From Zancudomyces culisetae HAW-14-8 (lineage: Eukaryota; Fungi; Kickxellomycota): a stretch of DNA of 64,000 nt. Positions 10,401 through 19,285 of the stretch are shown here, one piece after another. The notes beneath the pieces are model-generated. The model did no database searches. It was given only the letters and a program-made list of their open reading frames with translations, and was not told the DNA's origin. A program made the position numbers and the translations under genes. Position 1 is the stretch's first letter, and each line of letters starts with the position of its first letter. The stretch is from positions 248,001-312,000 of the forward strand of contig JBNJNM010000022.1 in the NCBI GenBank assembly GCA_052426225.1, given 5' to 3'.

Positions 10401-12418
10401 ACCTCCAGTTCCCCTCGCACCTGCTCCCGTAGATGGTGCGGAATCCTGTAAGGGCGAACCTTCACCGGATTGGCGTCTCCAACCTCAATGCGGTGGTCCA
10501 AAACATCGGTCTGTTCTAGATCCATAAGATCAGTCACAAACAGATCATTATTCTTTTCCAGCACATTGAGGAGCCCCTGGGGTACTTCTGGTGCCACTTC
10601 AGATGTTGAAGTTGACACCTCCTTTGCTATCCCGTAGAGTTCGTACCCCGAATAATCTACGAGGTTGCTTTTCTTGCTCGTAAAGAGTGTCAAAGCAATC
10701 TCCTTGTCGCCCTTGGGTAATATTAATTCTTTACCGCCCAAGTCGACCATAGCACCATGTTTAGTCAACCAGTCCATGCCTAAGACTAGCTGATTAATAC
10801 CCCGCTCCATGACCAACAGATCTCCAGTAAAGATGTACCCAGCGATTCTGAAAGGTACACCCGAAACTATTCCAAGTGTGGAATGTTTCGCCCCATCTGC
10901 TGTCACTATAGTGGGCGTATCCATAGTGTCTATTTCCAAACCCAGCATTTTTAGGAAGTCGTTGGTGACTACTGAGCAGGCTGCTCCAGTATCTAGGATA
11001 GCAACGTGGTATTCACCAAAGACGTCGATGTACGCTTTACAGTTTGTATAACGACTACCTTCATCTTCAATGGCTCCCAACTCTTGCTCCTCCAACTTTT
11101 GGATGTATGTTAACATCCTCTTCCTAACCATTGGGGAAACCTTGAGGAGGTGGGCATAGTTTAACTTTGGTTGAATCCTGTTAAACTCTTCCTCAATGGA
11201 AAACTCCTTTATTGGGAGTTCTTCCTTGTCCCCAGGTGTCTGGCGAGTTTTCCCAGTCGCCGCACCTCTCTCGCGTACTATAGCAGCTTTATCAGCTAAG
11301 TAGCGTTTTGTTTTAGAGTTGGTTTCCGTCTGGAAAGAGAACCTGTCTTTCGCAGGGTTTCTCGGAACCACTCGTATTGCCTGAGGTGGATTTTGGTCTT
11401 TTTCGACCTCCATACCAACCTCCCTAATCTCTCCGGTAACCTGTCCCGGAGGATTTTCTCCTGTCCTAACTCTACCCCTTACAGGGCCGTTGTCTGTTGG
11501 GGAGGGGCTTCTGGGCCTTTTCTCCACTCCAAACAACGCTTCCGCCTCTGAGTCGGACATCTCAGAGCAGAGCTCAATACAGCCTAAGTCTTTCGACCCT
11601 CCAGCTGCTTCAGGACATTGTGTCCCATGGTGCCCAGGCTTTTTACACTTGAAGCACTCCAGGATTCTTGGCTTGAAGTCTCTCTGGGGTTTCCTATTGT
11701 TTCCCCCATGAGATTTGGCCTCAAGCTTTTCCATCCTGTCGAGAATGTTGAGTTGCAAACCTTGCATATACTTCAACGTTCTCTGTAATTCCCCAGCAAA
11801 GTTTTCCTTCAGCGAAGTATCCGCTTTTGGAGGACTTTGCTCTTTCTTTTCTACCTTTGCGGGTGCTCTGGTTTTCTTTGGTGCCGAAAGATTCAGAGCC
11901 TTCTCGAGTTTTTCTTCCTCGAGGAGTTTCTCCTTAGCTTCCTTTACCTCAGTAATCCCAGCCTTAGAAAGAAGGACTTGATTCCTTTGGGTGAGTGCTC
12001 TCCGAAAGAGATTCATCCAAGTCTTCGAATCCTCCTTAATACCCGCAGCATTAGCCAAACTATCAAACTCGGCTTCGAAAAGCTCAAAGTTTTTAAAGTT
12101 TGCTTGCCGCAAATCTATCAGGGTTTCCAATGCCGTTAACTCAGTTTCTTGAGTACCGAACTGCTCCAGGAATTTCTTGGAAGCGGCTTCCCAGGTTGTC
12201 AAAGTTGACAATTGCCTTTTAAACCACTTCTTGTCCTCCCCGGATAGGTACAGCTCAAGATACTTGAGTTTTTCTGCATCATTCCACCCATACATAGATG
12301 AAATTAAACCGTATGTATGCAACCAGTCCTCAACATCGGGACAGTTTGCGCTATCAAACGGAGTAATTTCTGGACCCCCGCGGTTAGATATCACTTTTTT
12401 ACCAGTGTTCCCAACCAT
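7463..12418 (-). CDS. Gag-Pol polyprotein (single ORF, 1512 aa when repaired), interrupted by the 8506-8917 insertion
   Basis: Gag zinc knuckle CFKCKKPGHHGTQC, protease LDTGA, RT FIDD, RNase H TDAS, integrase DFVG/SDRG/VERF and GPY/F motif WEGPY. Excising 412 bp plus one TSD copy gives the in-frame HEEGHEGILYTLNRARNKYFGKGLREVVEEVVGECERC (HHCC finger), total 4539 nt = 1513 codons. Confidence 0.95.
8506..8917 (-). mobile_element. Solo LTR or short LTR-like element (412 bp) inserted in the integrase zinc finger
   Basis: TGTCAAGATCTG...CAGTTCATGACA termini and 5-bp TSD CAGGG (8501-8505, 8918-8922). Minus strand carries TATAAAA (8619-8613) and AATAAA (8556-8551). 24-bp palindrome at 8706-8729. 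Confidence 0.92.
8813..8905. promoter_or_regulatory. Two heat-shock-element (nGAAn/nTTCn) arrays
   Basis: 8876-8905 reads aTTCt aGAAc gTTTt cGAAc aTTCt aGAAt. 8813-8847 reads tTTCg gTAAt gTTCt aGAAt gTTGg gGAAc aTTCt. Confidence 0.75.
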
Positions 12419-12818
12419 TTTTTAGTAGTATAAACTAACTACTTTAATAATAGTTCTTCCCGTAACTTGTTCGGAACTTTTAACTTTTTATATTTTTAAT
12501 TGGGAGTTTTCTCGGAAAAATATCTCCGCAAAAGGAATAGTACCAATTTACTATTATTCCTAGCCTTCTGCTAATTATTCTGAGGTATAACTACCCAAAA
12601 TTAATGTTTCCTGCAGGAAAAACTCCTGGTGAAACTTTTAATTAATATTAATTTTTTCGGTAACTTTAGTCGCTGACTAGTTACCTTTCGCACCCGAGAA
12701 ACTGTGGTATTTCACCCAGAATTCTCCAGATATATTTTAATACTTATAAAATAATCCTTTAGCAGCTTAATTGCTGACTAGAGTGGTTATTGCGGGACTT
12801 CCCAAGTGTTTTGGTAGT

Positions 12819-12836
12819 TTCCCGGCAGAGCCCCCA
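12819..12836 (-). other. Primer binding site, tRNA-Pro type
   Basis: TGGGGGCTCTGCCGGGAA one nucleotide after the 5' LTR. Matches 14/18 positions (first 8 contiguous) of the complement of the neighbouring tRNA-Pro 3' end plus CCA. Confidence 0.85.
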
Positions 12837-12837
12837 C

Positions 12838-13525
12838 TGTTGTAATTTTAGTTTGCACAAAATTTCTCAGAAAATTTCCGCAACTAAACCTACAAAAAGT
12901 TCTGCTAATAGAGGGGGATTGTTACTGGAATAAGTTTTACTTTATTTAACCAGTCAACCCTACCTTTTTAGCTTATATTTAATTTAGTTTTATGTATTTA
13001 TTACTTCAATAAATGCGATAAAACTGGGTAAAATTACGCCCAACTCCTAAAATTTGGTGTGCAAAACAATTAATTTTGGTCCAAAAATTAGACTCTGATA
13101 CCTTTCTGATACCCTTTGAAAATTGTGTTACGCTTCACTACCTATGTTTTTTTTTGGTTTTAGGTAGGTTTTTGCTCAAATCACAAATTTCAATTTTATA
13201 GAGTAAAATCAAGTATTTTAGAGCTAATTTGTATTTTATTTAATGAATAACTTTTAAAAATAAAAAGATAAAACCACCAAACTTGTGGTGGGGTTACTAG
13301 TAATATACTAGTACCTGACTAGCTATTTTATTAGAACTTTATATAATAGAAACTTAAAATAAAACAATTAAAACTGAATATTTCTCCAACATTTGGGTAA
13401 TATATTACCCAAGAAATCCCAGATTTCTTGCTCGAACACCCGAGATAACGGTGGTTATTCGGTGTTTGAGAAGCTGTATGCTGTTTATCCAATAGTTTAG
13501 CTTGGATAGAACTAAGCATACAACA
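12838..13525 (-). repeat. 5' LTR of the Ty3/Gypsy element (688 bp)
   Basis: TGTTG...CAACA termini, direct repeat of the 3' LTR, followed by the PBS. Confidence 0.97.
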
Positions 13526-14129
13526 TTTTTTGATGTAGAACTTACTAGTTCTAATATTATTTCTTAATATATTTCTCTATTCGTGTAGTATAATATTATG
13601 TATTATTTTTTATATGTTTATACTATATTTAACTAATTTTAAATGTGGTTAAGAGTTATTTTATTCAAGTAAGTTGTGGGCGATTGTATTAACCCCCAAA
13701 TATGTCCTATAATTTTGTGTTAACTATAATCTAAATTTAAACTATCCTAATTATGAATGTTGAACAAAAACCACGAGGGGATAAAAAGTCCAATCTAAAA
13801 ATACTGCTAATTATATAAAATATAAAATAGGTAGATAAATCGTTCCATCGTATTTCTCATACGACATTTTTAAAAAATTTATATATAAATATAATAGCAT
13901 TATATAATTAATTTATCAGCAATAGAGTTTTTTACTTTTTTTTGCATGCTTTTTAAACTAAATATAAATCACCATTGACACAAACTTAACTACAGTTTAA
14001 TTCATTTTGTTTTGGGCAATAATAAATTTATAAAAAAACAAATATAAATATATTATATCTAAAAATAAACATTTGCCATGAAAATTACTCTATTTTCTGT
14101 CATATGTAAATTATACGACAAAGTCAAAC

Positions 14130-14697
14130 TCATTGCGCTGACTTGGTGATCCTTGCATTATGGCGGTCGTCGTAGTACACTATAAAGGCACTTTTGACAT
14201 CATTGCATGAGTGATATGCGGAGATGGCCAAAACCGACATGAACACCCTGTACTTAGAATAATTGTCATTGTCATGTATCAGCACGTCAAATAAGAATTT
14301 ACTTTGAAAATCTTCATAAAAATTACGCTGACCCTTGAACCGGAACTATAGTTTATCCTCAAATTGGGGTGTATAAACCCTATTATTCAGGTTTAATCCT
14401 TCTTTGAGCGAATTTAAGAATGTGGGTTGTGGCAGTTGATGCACTTGTTTTACCACCAGTGCACTCATATTTCAATGATTTTCCGCGCTTCCCAATAGTT
14501 TGAATGTATATAGCAACGCAACATGTATTAGTACAATCAAACGGTTTCATTTCATCCCATTCTGTGCCAGCTAAAAACTTGGTCAATGCATAACGCGATA
14601 TCAGTAAACGACTGATGTAGTTTGCCAGTTCCCTTTTGAAGAATGTTACCAGATGTTCTGCGTTAAATGATGATTTAAATTTGGTAGTGGATAGCAT
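14130..14697 (-). pseudogene. Decayed gene of unknown function
   Basis: 104-aa ORF that continues after a frameshift as NRVYTPQFEDKL*FRFKGQRNFYEDFQSKFLFDVLIHD...SAQ*. Coding-like GC content within AT-rich flanks. Confidence 0.35.
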
Positions 14698-15865
14698 TCC
14701 TGGTCATTGAACAGTAATGATAGGGTTATAACATCATTGTATCATCTCCACGTAATTTAGTTAATTGATTTGTTTTAGTTTGCTGTACTGTGTGTACGTG
14801 TTTGTGTTTTAGTTTGGTTATTAGTTGTATTGTGTTATAATTCTTTTTATACTTTTTCTTTACTAACTAGCTTTTTAATATATATGTAAATTTTAACTGT
14901 ATAAATTATAAATAACCACTAAATTAAACTGAATCTAGTCTAATAGTAACAATGTGTAATAATTAATAAACTAGAATCTTTAGCAAAGATATCAACTAAA
15001 ATATTTATGATTAAAAATAACTAACCTCAAGACTCTCGGCATTTAAAATGTTCGTTATAGCTAATTAATTAGCCATTATGCCCATCTAGCCACTATATAG
15101 ACATCAAGCCGACTTTTTAAAATTTGAAACTAACAAAAGTAATCAACACTTCTATAGTAGCAACGATAGTTTACATGAGCACGATATTTTTTATCTGGTT
15201 CGACCATCTATTAATTACATTTATAGCAAATCTAAGGTCGTATTTCTACCAAGTTTATATGTTTTATTTTAACATTTAAGCCAGTAACGCCCAGTTACAA
15301 AAATTTATAGACACGTATGTGTATTATTTTTAAACAAAATGGCAATCTTTATTTGCTATTTTCGCCAATTAAAGTGTATTTTTCTTTATTACACATTCTA
15401 GAGTGTAAAATGGTTACTTCATTTTGTTAAAGATATCTGAACCCCTAGTCTTACCATACTTAACTGAGATCCACTAGAATAGCATAAAAAGTTTTTAACA
15501 TAAAACCTTGTTTATAATTAAACTAGGAAAGTTCTAAAATATACTTCCAGCATAGTAGCCCAGATAACTTTTAATGTTGAAGTATATAAAGAAAAGCGTT
15601 GTACTTTTCTTTAACGTTGAGCTAACGGTTGAGGTAGCTAGTAATTAGATAATAAACTTAAGAAAATATTTCTAGAAAAGGAAAGCGAAAGACCAGATAT
15701 GGTACAATTAAAAACACATTCATATGTGTGGTTAATTCATCAACTTCGGTTTGGGGATTTGTATTATTTTCCGTTACTGATAGCCCGATATGTAAACATT
15801 TCTCTTTTACTGTTGTTTTGCATTTATTGGTTGTTGGATGTACATGCTGTTTTTTTTTGACCATT

Positions 15866-16240
15866 TTAGCATTCAAGAGTGAATTTTTAATTAAATGGGT
15901 ATCTCTAGGCACAAACACACATTTTAAAAAATGGGGTATTGATAATCTTTTTTAATGATAGATTTATTTTGACGTTTATTGAGTACATTTATTCAGCAAA
16001 GTTTGTTCTAGGAACTAGTGTATATTAAAAGATAGGTATTAGATTTGTTCATCTAGATATATTGCTGACCATTCACGTTTTTAGAAAGAACATTTTAACC
16101 CATTGGATTTTTCTAGGCGCTGATATATATATTAAAATATGGGATGCTCGGTATGATATTATATAGATTTAGCTGCTTTAACATTCAAGAGTGATTTTCA
16201 AAACTTATCGACTATTATAGGCACAAATATATAGTATAAA
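15866..16240 (+). repeat. Degenerate ~104-bp tandem repeat, about 4 units
   Basis: CTAGGCAC-like anchors at 15905, 16008, 16113 and 16217. CATTCAAGAGTGA at 15870 and 16182 (312 bp apart = 3 x 104). Confidence 0.6.
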
Positions 16241-16407
16241 GCTGGTTTGCTGTTATATTCTTAGTTAGGGTGTGTTATTAACATAAATACGCGGACTTTT
16301 CCTTTTCAAAAAAAAATCATCAAAGAGCTTGCATCCACTTAGTGGAAGTAACCAGAATTTAAAATATTTAAAAAACCTTAGATTATTAAAATTATAAAAT
16401 TGTTATC

Positions 16408-16947
16408 ATGCTTAAAAAGATATTGACATTTGTCGTTTTACTGAAGCTTTGCTTTGCATGTAGCGATAGCCAGAAAGACATACAACCTGGTATTAGAGTA
16501 CTCAATGTGTACCCTCCTACACAGCATATATATTGGAGAGATTTGAGTGGTCCAATACCTATGAATGCGGGAAACTGGTTTAAATACTGGTCTTTCTCAA
16601 ACAAAGATTTTGACAGGGTTCAAATCAAATACTCAGGACATGACTTGCCTAATAGCGTAATCAGTCGACATATCGGTTTTGATGTTAACTCAAAACTAAG
16701 AACGGGTCAAGCTATATGTACTTGGGTCAAGGCTGGTGTTTCTGTAAAGGTTTTAGCTAGAACCTATATGAAATGCATCGAGCTAGAAACAGTGCCTGCA
16801 TGCGGTTGTCATTCTAAACGTTTGCGAACTAAAATTTGTGTAGATGAAAAATGGGATGCACTTGCATTTGATAGATTCTGCCATACTCCAAATTGTGGAC
16901 TGACTTGGGATGGGCCTTTCTCAAAAGAAAAATCAGTGTTCTGTTGA
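16408..16947 (+). CDS. Small secreted cysteine-rich protein (179 aa)
   Basis: Signal-peptide-like MLKKILTFVVLLKLCFA, many cysteines, intronless ORF. Confidence 0.8.
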   Translation: MLKKILTFVVLLKLCFACSDSQKDIQPGIRVLNVYPPTQHIYWRDLSGPIPMNAGNWFKYWSFSNKDFDRVQIKYSGHDLPNSVISRHIGFDVNSKLRTGQAICTWVKAGVSVKVLARTYMKCIELETVPACGCHSKRLRTKICVDEKWDALAFDRFCHTPNCGLTWDGPFSKEKSVFC

Positions 16948-17386
16948 TTTTTTGGAACCGTTATAAGTAATCCTACTTTCTGTACCACTGTTAGCGAACG
17001 TTACAGCGGTTGACTTTCTTTAATTAATAGAAATATATTTTTTTTCTTTAGTAGATACTAGAAAAAACTTTAGTAAATAGGTATATCGTGCTACCATGGT
17101 AAAAATTTATCCATTATATAGCGAATATTAATAGATGTCAAAGTTGATAACACTTCATCCTCAGCTACCCACATCAAAAAATCATTTACTCTAGTCCAAT
17201 ATTTTTTAGTAAAGTATAAACAAAATCAGATTAAAATTACGGTTTAATTTGCAATATTTTTAATAAGAAGACCTTTATCATAGAAAAGTGTAAATATACA
17301 GAATAATCACTAAAACGTAAAAAAGGTAAGATGTCGAAAAATAGTAATAGAAATCTTACATAATAAAATATGCTCTACATATCACA

Positions 17387-18311
17387 TGTCTTAGTATGTA
17401 TTGATTAGTTATAGTGCTTAGTGATCATCATACTTACTTTATGATATATCATCATATCGATAGTATAACATCTATAATAAAAATATTAACAGCAAATGGA
17501 TCTAACTAAGCAATCTGTGATCTGTGAACTGATTATATCTGACAGCCCGGTGGCATACCAAACCCAGTTATCATCATAACTAATAAAATACACTAGATTC
17601 GAAATAAAAGTAGGTAATTATCACAATTGGGAATTCTACTGGGAAATCTTTGTGTATCTGAAATTGATGGGATGGATTATAGCTTAATCAAACATAATAT
17701 CCTAATCATGAAAAATTCTACTGTAGCTGAGACTCATGGTTCAGAAGATCCACAGAGGTGGATAAATAGGTAGAAGTATATTACTAGAGATAATAAGTGG
17801 GTTGAAAATGATGCCGCTGAGCAAACACTACTTTATTTAGGGAAAGAAAAAAAGATTAAGAACTGAGATAACATCACTGTCAAGCTTACTATATAAAAAT
17901 ATACCAGCAAAGAGATGAACTTTGTGTATTGGGAAAAGATTCGGTCAATTAAACAAGAATATATTTATTAATCAAATAAGTTGAATTAGCATTAGAAAAG
18001 TTGACTAAGAAAGCCTTAAGTAAAATATGAGAACTTTAAGTAAAACTGTCTCACTAACGCTTTAGATAAAAATAATAAACGCAAAGGGTTGAGATCAGAG
18101 CGTTTGGAGTAGTCCAAAACAAAAATGTTTATTATGAAGTGGAAGAAAATTAATGCAAGAGTGAAACCGAAAACACTGACAGTTACTTACACAAAGAAGA
18201 TTTTGAAGCGGTATACCCTAAAATTAATATGATACGGTTATCAGTAGCCTCTTCAAAACTTGCGGAAGAGATTTGGATAAATGAAATAAGAAATTAAACA
18301 ACAAAAGCTAG
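17387..18311 (+). mobile_element. Degenerate LTR-retrotransposon relic (possible LTR plus gag)
   Basis: TGTC...GACA segment 17387-17544. From ATG 17708: MKNSTVAETHGSEDPQRWINR*KYITRDNKWVENDAAEQTLLYLGKE, which resembles the retrotransposon Gag capsid motif in the intact element (DVEDWLHTY...WNDAEKLKYLELYLSGE). Confidence 0.55.
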
Positions 18312-18563
18312 TGTCATGTTACGACTTATAGTGTATCTTTATTCACTAATATTCTTTTTCCTAACTGGCTAACTAACTGACTAGCTGAGTGGCTGAGTGG
18401 CTGACTGACTTGTTAACTTACTAACTTACTAATTAATTATCCGAAAAACTAGTTTTATTCAAAAGAATATCTCTAATTTTTTATTTTTTACTTCCGTCTC
18501 TTAGCGACTTCTCAAATTTGCGCCGAGTATAATTATCGTGAATTACTATTTTCAGTCACGGCA
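18312..18563 (-). mobile_element. Short solo-LTR-like element (252 bp), same family as 44566-44771
   Basis: TG...CA termini and 4-bp TSD CTAG (18308-18311, 18564-18567). The first 32 nt match the reverse complement of the 44771 end at 28/32, and the other end is also similar. Internal CTAA/CTGA microsatellite. Confidence 0.85.
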
Positions 18564-18668
18564 CTAGTAATTGTAAAACTACCATAGAAAAACTTGGACA
18601 AGTGATAAAAGCCATTCTGGGTATAGGTGCGACATGTTGTATTGCCACCCCTGGGCTAGTCGAAAGTT

Positions 18669-18716
18669 GGGGGGGGGTGAGGGACGGGAGGGGGATTGGG
18701 GTTGGGGTTGGGGTTG
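18669..18716 (+). repeat. G-rich tract with TTGGGG repeats
   Basis: G9, further G3-G5 runs, then (TTGGGG)x3. Confidence 0.6.
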
Positions 18717-19285
18717 GATATTGAAATAAAACGAGAGTCAAATGGTTTTTTTTACTGCAGATGGGGGCAAACACGCGTCCTTAAGAAATTATTGGATCGT
18801 ACTGGATTGACTCGTTTTAAATGAATATAAAAAGCCTTAAATTCAGTGAGGTGGTACTGTGTGTTCATGTTTATGAATGACATAAGAATTTAACTAATAG
18901 TCTACTTCTTAACTGTAATTCCTTGGGAGGTAAATCTTGTTTATTCAATAAAATATCTTTTTGTGACACGCAAGTACACAAATACAAAACTTTAGCACCC
19001 GTCCTCTAGTTACTTTTTCTAATTTCTTTAGTTAAGGAGGAAGGATTTGGTCTTATTATCAGTATATCCTTTGTTTATGGATTTGAAAAATAGCAATACT
19101 CTAGCCAATCAAACAAAATCAACTTTTTTAAAAAAATCCTTGAAATCTATCATTGTTAAGATCAAATATCACCTTGGATAAGTAAAAATGCGGTTATGAT
19201 AATAAAAAAATTAAACACCAAATAATCAGCTCACAATCAAAAACACAATTCCAAACGTGCGAAAAGGTAAAGAATAGAATGAGTC

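Larger units (their letters stand above)
6100..13525 (-). mobile_element. Full-length Ty3/Gypsy LTR retrotransposon carrying two nested insertions
   Basis: TGTTG...CAACA LTRs (12838-13525, and 6100-6104 plus 6731-7413), TTTTT TSD at 6095-6099 and 13526-13530, PBS, PPT, and gag-PR-RT-RH-IN domain order. Confidence 0.97.

Noticed and set aside
16942-16947. Cys followed by TGA at ORF ends (also 41824-41829) as possible selenocysteine, since some early-diverging fungi use Sec
   Set aside because: No SECIS-like AUGA/AA/GA hairpin seen downstream and no selenoprotein family context.
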